Origin: Octopus bimaculoides
Lineage: Eukaryota
DNA: 37,045 bases
Direction of reading: 5' to 3'
Assembly (NCBI RefSeq): GCF_001194135.2
Contig: NC_069004.1
Location: 7,769,514 to 7,806,558, forward strand
Under the pieces are notes generated by a model, which saw only the letters and a list, made by a program, of their open reading frames with translations, was not told the origin of the DNA and ran no database searches. Positions 23,172 through 36,153 of this stretch are shown here, one piece after another (the stretch's first letter is position 1; every line of letters begins with the position of its first letter). The position numbers and the translations under genes were made by a program.

Positions 23172-23206
<35 letters not shown>

Positions 23207-23736
23207 CCCACCTATCTCAATAAATCTCTCCCTCTGTCCGTCAGTCTCTCTGTCTCTGTTGTTATATTTACATTTCCCAGGATTCCACTTCCTTCCCCTT
23301 CTCATTTCCTTTTAAATTTTCTCTTCAAGACGGTTTTACGCTTTGTCTCCTTTTACTTTGAACTTCCTCCGCGACACTGCGCTACTCACACCAACCCATT
23401 CTTTCCGCTCTTTTCTTCTTCCACCTCCTCTTCCTCCTGAACTTCCAAAATCTTCCAGCTTCCTCATCCCCAGCCTCCTTCTACACCTCTCCATACAAAC
23501 TATTATCTCTATCAAACTGAACACTGCAAATAACACCCGTTTACTTTTAGTGTTCCATTTCCAGCAATGAACAACAAAATTTATATATCAGCCGACATAG
23601 TCTTATACAGTATCATAACTTTCTCTTGTCTTTAGTGAATGTCCTTTTAGCATATATTTAATATATTTGTGCTTCTGGGTATGTGTGTATGTATATGCAT
23701 ATAGGTGAATATGTGCATATATATATATATATATAT

Positions 23737-24300
<564 letters not shown>

Positions 24301-24673
24301 TATATATATATATATGTATATGAATATATATATGTATATACATTCATATGTATGTATGCGTGTATATATCTATATATAGGTTTATATATAAGCAGTATAT
24401 ATGTGTGGGGGGTGTATATATGTATGTCAGTAAACAAGTGCTACAGCAATCGGTAATTATGCCATATGTAAAGTACACTTGTTTCATAAGAGAGACAAAA
24501 TCAAAGATTAGGTAAGCTTGAAACACGGTAACTTGAACAAATGCCGCTGGCACATTTGATCAGCATTACTCGGCGAAAATACGGTATAAGGAGAGCCAGA
24601 AGACTTTATTTACATTCATACATACATCTAAATAAATATATATTTTGACAAGAAATAAATGTATATTTTGACT

Positions 24674-24781
24674 GGTGCAGGAGTCGCTGTGTGGTGAGTA
24701 GCTTGCTTATCAGCCACATGGTTCCGGGTTCAGTCCCACAGAGTGGCACCTTGGGCAAGTGTCTTCTACTATAGCCTCGGG
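24674..24781 (+). mobile_element. SINE family B head, 3'-truncated
   Basis: GGTGCAGGAGTCGCTGTGTGGTGAGTAGCTTGCTT...GGTTCAGTCCC...GGCACCTTGGGCAAGTGTCTTCTACTATAGCCTCGGG. Confidence 0.9.
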
Positions 24782-25499
24782 TTATAGTCAAAGTTCATTC
24801 AAATATTCACTATCAACTGAGTCATTGAGGTTTCAATAAACCAACGAAAGCGCTTTGATTTAAAAAAAAAATTGATATTTAATAAATGCGTGGAATTGAC
24901 CCAGTGTAATTATTTGGGCATCACGACTCTCCCTTGACACCACATTATATATATAATGGGCATATATATATATATATATATATATGCCCATTCCATGAAG
25001 TTTTTTGTAAAAATTCCGTTTAGCTAACATGCTGTGCTAAGCATTGAAGTTAGTGTTCCCATTTCACTAATTATTCTCTATTTTTAACGTCTTATACTCC
25101 CCGATTAATTAATTCCTACGGGACTAATCATTTCATTATTTGTATTTCTGTGATGCCAATTGATTTAATAGTATACACATTCCCAGGGCTCATGAATATC
25201 TACGTATTTTACTTTCGGTGTGTGTATATGTTATTTCCAGCTTCACTTTTCCCTTAAGAACTAAACATTGATTTCCTGATTAAAAATAATTAAGATTTCA
25301 ACCGTTATTTCTGATTTCTTTTTTTTTGGGGGGGGNNNNNNNNNNGTGCCCATCTACTTACCTTGGCATCAATGACATTCGTCCTTGTCCTTTTCTTTTA
25401 CCCGGGCTCGTGGAGTGGTTTGATATAAGTCCTCGTACATGGACTTACCGAAGTCCAACATCGGGGGTGGGGCTATATCTGTGGGGAAATATGATTTAA

Positions 25500-26770
25500 G
25501 TATTTCAAGGTTTATATTGTCTATTTGTATTATCATAATTCCTTCAGGATAATGTTCAAGACATTCTCCTTGGAAGAATACAATCTTTCGTAAAATGATG
25601 TTGCTTCATGAACAATATCCTTTGTATTTTCTATAGTAGATCCATTGTCTAGCTTTAACTGGGCCATTCCTTTGCTTACAGAATTCATATTTTCTGAATT
25701 GCAAAAATAACGGCTTACTTTCTCCCATTCATCTATCCACCTGGCCCTTAAGCGTATTATAATGCCCTCCCTTTTTGTTTTACGAATCTCTTCTAATTAT
25801 TTTCTTTTTTCCTCCAGTTTCTTAATTTCTGCAAAATTGGTTTCCAGTTGCTTAATATCATCTAGCAGATCTTGTTTTGTTTTTACTGTAGATATTTTTT
25901 CAGAATGAAGAGTATGAAATAGATTTTCCTCTAATTTCCATTAATAGAGTTTCCAAAAACAAATGATCACTTACAATAAATTCAATCTCAGGCTTATTAA
26001 CTGTATTAATATCTCCATCGGGTTCCAAAGAGGGGACTTATTGCTTGACAACACTGCTAATGGTTCCCTTAACCAATGAAACGTATTTTGGATCTCTTAA
26101 AAGGGAGTTATTAAATCTCTAATATATATTTTTACAGTAGTCTTTCTTGGAAAAATTTATTTTGATGTCTGCAAGAGAGTGGTCTGATCTGTACCCAACT
26201 TTTATAGAAGACTGGCAAATAAATGAATACAAAATATTTGACACAAGAAAGAAATCTAGCCTTGCTTGTCTAATCGGTTTTGAACGTGTCCATGTATAGA
26301 TCTGGGTTATGATCTCACCAAATATCTACAAGGTCGAGGTCCCTTATCATATTGATAATTTGCTTTCTAGCGTTGTTAAGATTGTTTATATGTTGATACT
26401 TGGAAGTGTCTAAATACCGCTGCAGACAAAGATTAAAATCTTCTGTTATAATACAATGGGAGTTTCCAAAGGTCTTGATTTTATCCATCGCTTCAACTTA
26501 AAACTGCGGTTCATCTGCATTTGGACCGTATAAGTTAACTAAGGTTATCCTTCTCTCACAAATAGCAATACTTAACATGAAGAGATTGCCTTTACCATCC
26601 CTGAAACTGTCATGTACCTTATGATCAAAATTATTAGAAAACAAGACGGCAACTCCCCTTGACTGTCCATTTATATAGCGAAGGTGAAAACCAGGAGAAT
26701 TGATACTTCATATCTTGCAACTGATGTATCGAAATGCGTGTTCGTCTTAAGGTTTTCGAATGTATTTTGC
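25500..26770 (-). mobile_element. L1/Tx1-clade LINE ORF2 remnant: AP endonuclease plus linker, truncated before the RT
   Basis: Minus-strand translation: THF; SRGVAVLFSNNF; ITLVNLYGPNADEP; EDFNLCL; LDLVDIW*DHNP; YTW..RQARLDFFLVS; GYRSDHS; RFNNSLLRDPKY; LFLETLLMEIRGKSISYS; GIIIRLRARWIDEWEK..YFCN; FYERLYS. Several stops and frameshifts. Confidence 0.92.
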
Positions 26771-27070
26771 TCTCGGCATTTGTTGAAGCGAATTACATGC
26801 CCAAGGCAACACTCTAAAATGCAGTGCAGTGATGTTGAAAAATGTCCAAACTCATCCGTGATTTTATCACTTCATGTCTCACGTATCTTGCTTCAGGTGC
26901 ATCAGCACCAAATACAAATATCTATCCAGATTCCGCTTTCTTTCTTTCATTTCTCTTTCTTTCTTTCTCTCTCTTTCTCTCTCTCTCTTATATGCACACA
27001 TAACTTTTATAACGGTGGATCTCGAAGTAATTAATGCTATAATAGCAGGTAAATACCAGCTTACAAAACC

Positions 27071-27328
27071 CAATATTCTTTTCTACTCTAGGCACAAAGC
27101 TCGAATTTGGGGGGGGGGGGAGCAGTCGATTAGATCGACCACAGTACGCAACTGGTACTTAATTTATCGACCATCGGAAGGATGAAAGGCAAAGTCGACC
27201 TCGGCAGAATTTGAACNNNNNNNNNNGGCAAAGTCGACCTCGGCAGAATTTGAACTCATAACGTAGCGACGGGCGAAATACCGCTGAGCATTTTGTCCAC
27301 CGTGCTAACGATTCTGCCAGCTGGCCAA
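27071..27328 (-). mobile_element. SINE family A copy with 11-bp target-site duplication
   Basis: CTTACAAAACC at 27060-27070 and 27329-27339 flanks the element; a 10-N gap inside it duplicates ~30 bp. Confidence 0.9.
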
Positions 27329-28108
27329 CTTACAAAACCGTGGACCTCGAACATACATCCTCTATAACCATGACAGACCTGCTACCATTGTACCAATAAA
27401 ATATCATCGAATTTCTCCATCCATTTTAGAGGATTTGTTTATAGCAGCAAGAATTTTATGCTGGTGATGCCATAAGCATTTAGAAACTGTTAGAAACTTC
27501 GGTAGGCATAAAATAAATCAGTCTTCAACGGTGGAACTCGAAGTAGATAAAGTTATAAATAACAGTAAGCATTGGCTTAGAATTTTTTATGACAGACACA
27601 ATATACAATTCTGGTTAAACGTGGCTACAAAAAATTGAAAGAATTGCTTTAGGATATTGGTAGAATATATCAATTCTCAAAGACGTAGGACCGGGTCCCA
27701 CGGACAGCCTTCGGCTTTTCTCTGCTCGGCTTCTTTGAGCCCGAAGTTTACCCGCTTTATTTTACAGCTTTATGTGTTTCGAGTGCCACAGTTAAAAATG
27801 ACATATCTCGTATCTCTGGAAGTTTCTAAATACTCATTACGCTAGTTTATTGTTAATTTATACATAATGTTTACATGTAACATTATACATAACTTGACGT
27901 AGCGAATATATATATATATGTGTGTGTGTGTGTGTATTGGGTCATCCCTTAAATAATGTGGGTTTTTTCAATTGCATGAACTAAAAGTCGGAGAGGGACT
28001 GGATAAACTACGTGCATCAATTTATACTTTCTTTTCTTTCTGGGCTGTCCTATTCAAACGCATACATTTATATAAGGAGACAATCACTCATATATTCCAA
28101 CTCTCTCA

Positions 28109-28154
<46 letters not shown>

Positions 28155-28589
28155 NNNNNNNNNNNNNNNNNNNNNNNNNNNNNNNNNNNNNNNNNNNNNN
28201 NNNNNNNNNNNNNNNNNNNNNNNNNNNNNNNNNNNNNNNNNNNNNNNNNNNNNNNNNNNNNNNNNNNNNNNNNNNNNGTATATATATATATATATACATA
28301 CATACATACATACATATACTCACATATGCACGGGCAAACACAGAAACACACACACATACAGATATATACACACAAGCATATACATGCATTGTATCTAAAT
28401 GCTGTGAACATTAAAAAGAACAACAGAGAAATTTTAGGAAATAGTATATTAGCTTAACATAATTACAGAAAATCAATTTGTTAAGGAATCGGTCATTCGT
28501 CATTCATCAGAGAAAGGAAGTGGAGAAACAGAGAGGGAGTGAAAAATAATTAATCGGAGGGAAATAATAAAAATAACAAAAGTAATAAT

Positions 28590-28970
28590 TTTCCTTTCAT
28601 GGCCAGCAATTTTGGGCTAGGATAAATCGTTTGGAATGACGCTAGTGGTCAACTGGCACTTATTTTATCGAACCCTAAAAGAGGAAAGGCAAAGTCCACT
28701 ATGGTAGGATTCTAACTCAGAATATAACGATAGACGAAATACCGCTAAGCATTTTGCTTTTAAGTTTTGGCACAATGCCTGAAATTTTGGGGGAGAGGAC
28801 TAGTCGATCACATCGACCCAAGTGTTTCACTGGTACTTAATTTATCGACGCCGAAGGATGAAAGGCAATGTCGACCTCGGTGGAATCTGAACTCAGAACG
28901 CAGTGACAGACGAAATATCGCTAATCATTTCGCCCGGTGTACTAACGATCCTACCACAACTCGTCGCCTT
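28590..28970 (-). mobile_element. Two tandem SINE family A copies (28590-28757 older, 28760-28970)
   Basis: Direct similarity to family A; followed by (AAT)n(GAT)n. Confidence 0.88.
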
Positions 28971-29001
28971 AATAATAATAACAATAATAATAATAATAAT
29001 A

Positions 29002-29040
<39 letters not shown>

Positions 29041-29575
29041 GTAATTAGTGTCCTCTTATTATTAACAAAATTATGCGAAAAACCATAATTCATTGAATTT
29101 TAGAAATCAACATTTGTAGATGATTCAGCCATGATATCATACATAAGTCATTACTTATCCCTTTGGTTGTTATGGTTTTCATTCCACTTTATTCAATTCA
29201 TTTCATGAATTTATATTTCAAATCTGACCAGGGTCGACCCAACTACCATTTATAAAATTTATATGTATGTAAATTAGAGTTTGATTTAACGAGCGAACAT
29301 TTCCAACGAATGGAGTCGTTCAGTTGTGTTATATCGCTGTATGTTGCTTGGTTATATTTAATGTGTTTTGGTCCCCGTTAATGTCTCCTTAATGTCATTG
29401 TCACTTCCTGTTAGATGTGTTTGTGTACTTCGGATAATGCAGTTCCTAACTATTTTATTGTTCATTGGTAGCGTATGTCTTTAGGGTTAATGGGAAATTG
29501 TATTTTTAGGGTAATACTGTTCGGTAGTGTTTCAAGATCGATACGTGGTTATAGAGACATGAATCATCTGTGTGA

Positions 29576-29614
<39 letters not shown>

Positions 29615-30049
29615 NNNNNNNNNNNNNNNNNNNNNNNNNNNNNNNNNNNNNNNNNNNNNNNNNNNNNNNNNNNNNNNNNNNNNNNNNNNNNNNNNNNNNN
29701 NNNNNNNNNNNNNNNNNNNNNNNNNNNNNNNNNNNNNNNNNNNNNNNNNNNNNNNNNNNNNNNNNNNNNNNNNNNNNNNNNNNNNNNNNNNNNNNNNNNN
29801 NNNNNNNNNNNNNNNNNNNNNNNNNNNNNNNNNNNNNNNNNNNNNNNNNNNNNNNNNNNNNNNNNNNNNNNNNNNNNNNNNNNNNNNNNNNNNNNNNNNN
29901 NNNNNNNNNNNNNNNNNNNNNNNNNNNNNNNNNNNNNNNNNNNNNNNNNNNNNNNNNNNNNNNNNNNNNNNNNNNNNNNNNNNNNNNNNNNNNNNNNNNN
30001 NNNNNNNNNNNNNNNNNNNNNATATATATATATATATATATATATATAT

Positions 30050-30085
30050 ACTTGACTACCCGTAACCCGTTGGGTTACCGTTCAA
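30050..30085 (+). mobile_element. Possible Helitron/Helentron-type terminus abutting (TA)n
   Basis: ACTTGACTACCC followed by the hairpin GTAACCC-GTT-GGGTTAC. A HINE-like core (GATATCTCAATAATCAG...GCAAAACTTT) lies at ~30710-30750. Confidence 0.3.
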
Positions 30086-30898
30086 AGTCTGAGTTTCCCA
30101 GCAATGGCGTTTTGTTTCGTGGATTTTTTGGTTTTCCATGCTATTTCACATGCTATCCAACGAATGTGACATTGAAATCACGCGTAAAAACAGCTCCTCT
30201 CCCCAGAAAAAGAAAGATTTGCCTGCTATTCCTTGCACGCCCTGCTACCACGTAACAGCTATTCAGGGTCTTTTATCGCAAATAGCTGCTACGTGGTAGT
30301 AAAGCATGTTAGAAATAGCAGCCAAATGTTTGGAGGTAAGATAGGTTGAATGCACTCGAAAAAGCCTATGAAAAAAAACCTATTTCTCACCGAGTTTACG
30401 AACGGGTCTTTTCATTCTAAAATATTTCTTAAATATAACAAAAGAATTTTTGTAATGGTATTCACTTGAAAATAATTTTTAAAAAAGCATTTAAGTACTG
30501 TCTGTCTAAAGAATGCTAAAATATATATACTGTACAAACAACTTAGATATTTGAAATTACATTCAGTTAAAAATATTTGTAAATGATTAAAATTTTGTGT
30601 TTAACAAAATGAAAATAGAAACATTTCCTGTAAAAAACCAAATCGTAATTTTTCGTTCGGAGAATTTACCCATTATGCACCGTTTTGGGTATTTACACGC
30701 TATAAGCCCCTGATATCTCAATAATCAGTTGTCCTATTTACGCAAAACTTTTATTCAGTTTGCATTCACATTTCAAGGGTAAATTTATTTATAGTATTTT
30801 CCCATTATGCGTCAGTTTGGCTGGGTAACATTGCAAGCTAGCAAGCAAGATTCAAGATCACTTTTAATGTATCATACATACATACAGACATACATACA

Positions 30899-30930
<32 letters not shown>

Positions 30931-31808
30931 NNNNNNNNNNNNNNNNNNNNNNNNNNNNNNNNNNNNNNNNNNNNNNNNNNNNNNNNNNNNNNNNNNNNNN
31001 NNNNNNNNNNNNNNNNNNNNNNNNNNNNNNNNNNNNNNNNNNNNNNNNNNNNNNNNNNNNNNNNNNNNNNNNNNNNNNNNNNNNNNNNNNNNNNNNNNNN
31101 NNNNNNNNNNNNNNNNNNNNNNNNNNNNNNNNNNNNNNNNNNNNNNNNNNNNNNNNNNNNNNNNNNNNNNNNNNNNNNNNNNNNNNNNNNNNNNNNNNNN
31201 NNNNNNNNNNNNNNNNNNNNNNNNNNNNNNNNNNNNNNNNNNNNNNNNNNNNNNNNNNNNNNNNNNNNNNNNNNNNNNNNNNNNNNNNNNNNNNNNNNNN
31301 NNNNNNNNNNNNNNNNNNNNNNNNNNNNNNNNNNNNNNNNNNNNNNNNNNNNNNNNNNNNNNNNNNNNNNNNNNNNNNNNNNNNNNNNNNNNNNNNNNNN
31401 NNNNNNNNNNNNNNNNNNNNNNNNNNNNNNNNNNNNNNNNNNNNNNNNNNNNNNNNNNNNNNNNNNNNNNNNNNNNNNNNNNNNNNNNNNNNNNNNNNNN
31501 NNNNNNNNNNNNNNNNNNNNNNNNNNNNNNNNNNNNNNNNNNNNNNNNNNNNNNNNNNNNNNNNNNNNNNNNNNNNNNNNNNNNNNNNNNNNNNNNNNNN
31601 NNNNNNNNNNNNNNNNNNNNNNNNNNNNNNNNNNNNNNNNNNNNNNNNNNNNNNNNNNNNNNNNNNNNNNNNNNNNNNNNNNNNNNNNNNNNNNNNNNNN
31701 NNNNNNNNNNNNNNNNNNNNNNNNNNNNNNNNNNNNNNNNNNNNNNNNNNNNNNNNNNNNNNNNNNNNNNNNNNNNNNNNNNNNNNNNNNNNNNNNNNNN
31801 NNNNNNNN

Positions 31809-31847
<39 letters not shown>

Positions 31848-31850
<3 letters not shown>

Positions 31851-31885
31851 TAGCAGAGACACTTGGCGTTGCACGGGATTAAAAT
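31848..31885 (+). mobile_element. Helitron-like terminus abutting (TA)n
   Basis: TACTAGCAGAGACACTTGGCGTTGCACGGG resembles the ACTAG..CCCGGCGTTGC.CGGG ends I recall for non-autonomous rolling-circle elements. Confidence 0.45.
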
Positions 31886-33429
31886 GGCATAATGTGTATA
31901 TATATTACATTTATGTTGAAGCAGCACTGATGACAAATCATTTATGGAGCTTAATGGTGGGCTAATTTGACTAAGCGACATGTAATGCCTCTGGAGGATT
32001 TCCGGCCCTAACCTATGATGGAAAATTGAGGGTGGGCTAATCTTGAGAAAGTCTCATCTTCCTTCTGTATTGAGACTCCATACATTTTATACAAAAGTCA
32101 TGCATGAATGAGCCCTCTGTATTCAGAACAGTATCTTCAGATTATTTGCACAATTTTTGCATGTCTGCTCTTTTTACTGTTCTCGTTATCACTGTAGTTT
32201 AATCAGAAATCACCTTCAGCCGGAACAATCTTATAAAGCCGTCTCAGTTATTCTTTATAATACATAATCAATACTAATTAATGTGTGCTTTCTAGAGTGA
32301 TTTGGTTGGTGTATTTGTCTGTTACTTCTTGCAAATGGAGAGCCTCTTCCTATCCTATTTCTATCATACATAGACTCCTTAGTTTACAATCACACGGACG
32401 TCGTCGATGACTCACACACAGTATCCTTCATTGACTCACACAGACTCATGCGTTTACTCACAGAACCCCCTGTTCACACATAGACTCTTTCGTTGACCGT
32501 CACACAGATTATCGTTGACTCACATGCAGAATCCCTTGTTCAATCACACACACATTCCTTCAAATGCACTTGAAACTCTAGTATGTGTGTGCTTATGCGT
32601 ATCTATGTCCGTATGTACGTTTCGTATTTCATAATATATTTGCTAACCTATGTTATATGCCAGCTTCTGCTTCTATAACGCTGTTGTCATAAAGGATATT
32701 CGAATATCATGAGCGTATCGCTGTATATATCTGTGCCACAATGGCAAGGAATACTTAGAAAAACGACATCGGTTTTCAACATATAAAACCTTCTTGTGTG
32801 ATATGCTAGTCAAGCATTTGATGTAGCAATTTACAAAGCAAAGTCGACATAAAAGCCACACAAAGATAATGAATAACTTCAAAATCATTGAAGTCATATT
32901 GGTGGAGAACCATTAGGAAATGCCAATAAAATTTTAGCGTATTGGCGTATGCAAATTCTTATCAATTACACTTGTTACACTACAAGGAACATAAAAACCA
33001 TGAATTCTTTGTGAGATAAAAATGATGCATAATGTTATTTAGGCAAACAGAGAGAAAAATGTGTATTAACATGTTTACTAAAAATGAAATGTACAAAAGG
33101 AAAAGAAAAGGAGAGGCTAATTGAATAGACATGTGGGTCTGTAGAAAGTTAACCTTTGAATAGCATATTTGCAATTTGGAATGATGTTATTGAAATAATC
33201 TGTAGCAAGAAAAAGCTGGTGATGTTGTGCGCAGGAAGTGGAGTGTTTTGATTAGAGCTCTAATGTCATTTGCATAGTGTTTCATTTGCATAGTGTTTCT
33301 ATATTCATCTGTACTGAATATCTTAAGTGTTTTCTGATTTTAAGGCAAAGATAGACATAAACAAACACACACACACGCGCACATGCATACACATACACAT
33401 AAGCATATACACACTGATATATGTGAATA

Positions 33430-33499
33430 TATAGGTCTATCTATCTATAGATAGATAGATAGACATACAGACAGACAGACAGCTAGCTAGCTAGCTAGC

Positions 33500-33552
<53 letters not shown>
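33430..33552. repeat. Compound tetranucleotide microsatellite (TAGA)n/(CAGA)n/(TAGC)n
   Basis: Directly visible. Confidence 0.95.
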
Positions 33553-34059
33553 TTGAGTTTGCGTAGTCGTTTCAGAGTTGAAACGGGGCCAAAGAGAATT
33601 GAAATCAGAACCGTGTGATTTGAAACCAAAAGGAATGAGAATATCTTCTAAGATGTGAAAAGCTGTAGTATGTCGTTTGGATATTTAAACGAAAGAGACA
33701 TCCCACATCTCTCTCATCCCCCTCTCTCTTCCTCTCTCTCTCTCTCTCTCTCTACCTCTCTCTCTGCAGTAGCTAAAACGTCTGAGCTGGATTTTGCCAC
33801 AAATGCATTAACATAATTTCACTTTTCTTCTTATAGGAAGGCAGTGCCTTGCAAGTGCTCAAGTGATACATGTGATCTATTAAGGTGTAAAATTTCTCTC
33901 TGTCATTCGGAAAGATGATAAACGGGGTAAGAAACAACACACATCGATGTACAAAAGCTTGTCAAATTTTTTTAAATAAAACAATGCTATTTGGAAATAA
34001 ATTTAACTAAACTCATGTTTTTAACATCAAGTAATATTATATTCATTCACCAGGACTTC

Positions 34060-35455
34060 CACATTTTACACTTTAAATTAATTTCAGAAAAATTCAGTCA
34101 TTTTCAATTTTGTCAAAGATTTTCAAGGACTGTAGAATGTTTATTTTCATCCTTTGAAGGCCTTGAGTACATTTTATACCCTATTGTTCTCTTATCACCA
34201 CACACGAAGAAAACAAACACTCACTCAACAGACGCAGAAGTACAAGTACCATGAAGAGAGAATTCATTGAACGCAGTGTTATTGTTTTTCTTTTCCCTTT
34301 CAGTTCTCAAAAGAATTGGCCACTTTTCACGCCTAAAGTTTTGTTGACTAAACTTTTATCAGACAAGTTCTAAAAGCTTTCTGCAGTATCAACCTCAACA
34401 AACAATTCTTCAATATTTATTGCTTTCCAATTCAATTATTTGATGAGGTTAATATTGCAACCTCATCAAATAATTGTTCAATATTTACTGTTTTCCAATC
34501 CTTTGGCTGGCCATCAATGCAGACTATTCAATACTGAGCCAATATATGTTTCAACAATTTAATCTCGTTCTATAGGTTTAGAAGCTTACTTAATTCTTTC
34601 TGAGATCTTTCTTCAAACTTTTAATGCATTAGTCTATTTTCTTCAATTTTTTTTTTCAGCAAGGCTCTACACCTTGGGATACGAATTTACAGTTTTTTCG
34701 TTGTTCGTATTTCTAATACAACTTCCAGTCTCTAGTTTGAGATATTCAACGTTGGAATCTTTTATTCCATGACCAGATTCGGTTTGTTGAAGAGATCTAG
34801 TTGTTCATTTTATGAATATATTTCCCCACAACTATTTTAAAGAACTTTTGTATCTGTCTCTGACGGTGCTCTGGGATAGAAAAAAAATAGGATTTCAAGC
34901 TGTCAAAAATGTAAAGAATTCTTTCAATAGCTGGCAGCATTGACAAAAATCTGATAATATCATGTAATAGATTTTTTTGTTTTCGACTCTCCTAAAGTCA
35001 GAAAGTTCTATTTATTCTGTTACACGAACTGTGAATATATGAAATACCTGAAAATTCTCACTAATATCACTTCAACTTCTGTTTGTGATACATCATCTGA
35101 TGCTTAGAGAGAGTTGTGCACAATGTATGCACCTCAGCCTACACCAGCTCAGTTTCTTCCGAGTTTTGCTTTTCATCAGTTAAATAAGAGTTTCTTGGTT
35201 TTTCATTTTCTATCACTAAAACAGTCTACACCGGAAATTAATATTGAATAGTAAAAAGTTACCAGTTAATCATTATTTTCTGTTCGAAGCATCCATAGAA
35301 ATTACCAAAACTTTACCCCTTCGAGTCATTTAGCATTATCCGATTTAGCCATTGGTGCAATTTTAATTAAAATCACAGTTTCACGTTTTGTCCGCGCTAG
35401 ACGAAAATTTGGATCAAGAAATTCTGAGAGTAATTTAAACGAGGAGTCGGATGTA
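34060..35455 (-). mobile_element. Degenerate hAT-superfamily transposase remnant with internal deletions
   Basis: Minus-strand peptides in order: FRLARTKRETVI (~35379-35405), VISMDASNRK (first catalytic Asp, ~35275-35305), KAKLGRN*AGVG*GAYIVHNSL (CxxH region), IFRYF.IFTVRVTE, MLPAIERILYIFDSLKSYFFS, EQLFDEV, GT..SASVE*VF (dimerisation domain, ~34215-34250). Many stops; no TIRs identified. Confidence 0.85.
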
Positions 35456-35569
35456 TTGAGAAAGAATACAAAAAAAAAAAATAAGTCAAACGGTATGAAA
35501 AAAAAACAAACAAAAATAATTCGTTAGCAGATGCGAGAAACTTTAATTTAACTCTTTATATCTTTTTCA

Positions 35570-35775
35570 AAGCGGCGATCTGGTACAATCGTTAGCTATT
35601 CCAACAAATTGCTTAGTTGGCATTTCCTCTGACTCGTTCTTTACGTCTTTGCTTTATATTCAACCGAGGTCAACTTTGCTTTTTGTCCCTTCGAAGTCGA
35701 CGAAACAAGTATCAGGTGGGTAATGTAATTGACTTATCTTTTCCTTAAAATTGCTGGCCTAGCGCAAACATTTGA
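35570..35775 (+). mobile_element. Old, diverged SINE family A copy
   Basis: GGCGATCTGGTACAATCGTTAGC head, CCGAGGTCAACTTTGCTTTT body and AAAATTGCTGGCCT tail. Confidence 0.7.
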
Positions 35776-36074
35776 AACCGTTATTTCGACTTTTTCAAAT
35801 ATATTATTTAAATGTGGCGAACTTTTAACTACACTCGACTTGCAAACAACCTGAGATTTCCAATAGCTTTTAAATCCCAACTTACTTCCAGAACCATCGT
35901 AACAGAAATCACATTTTTACCCATTTCACACGAAGCGCTTTTTTTTTTGAAAGGTACCTTTTCTTGAGTTCTATTGTAAATGTAAAAAATTCCTTTAGGC
36001 ATTGTAAACATAAATCAATTTTTCATGGAAAAAAAAATGTGAAATATAAAATGTCAATCGAATGGAAATTTTGA

Positions 36075-36153
<79 letters not shown>

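Noticed and set aside
23343-23570. Pro/Ser/Leu-rich 75-aa ORF
   Set aside because: Composition follows from a pyrimidine-rich strand; no recognisable domain.
25355-25368. TACTTACCTTGGCA resembling the U1 snRNA 5' end, and a TGA in a C-H-*-C context read as selenocysteine
   Set aside because: No further U1 similarity (it is simply an antisense donor site); no SECIS or gene context.
27185-27256. Apparent 30-bp duplication inside a SINE
   Set aside because: Identical sequence on both sides of a 10-N gap indicates unmerged contig overlap.
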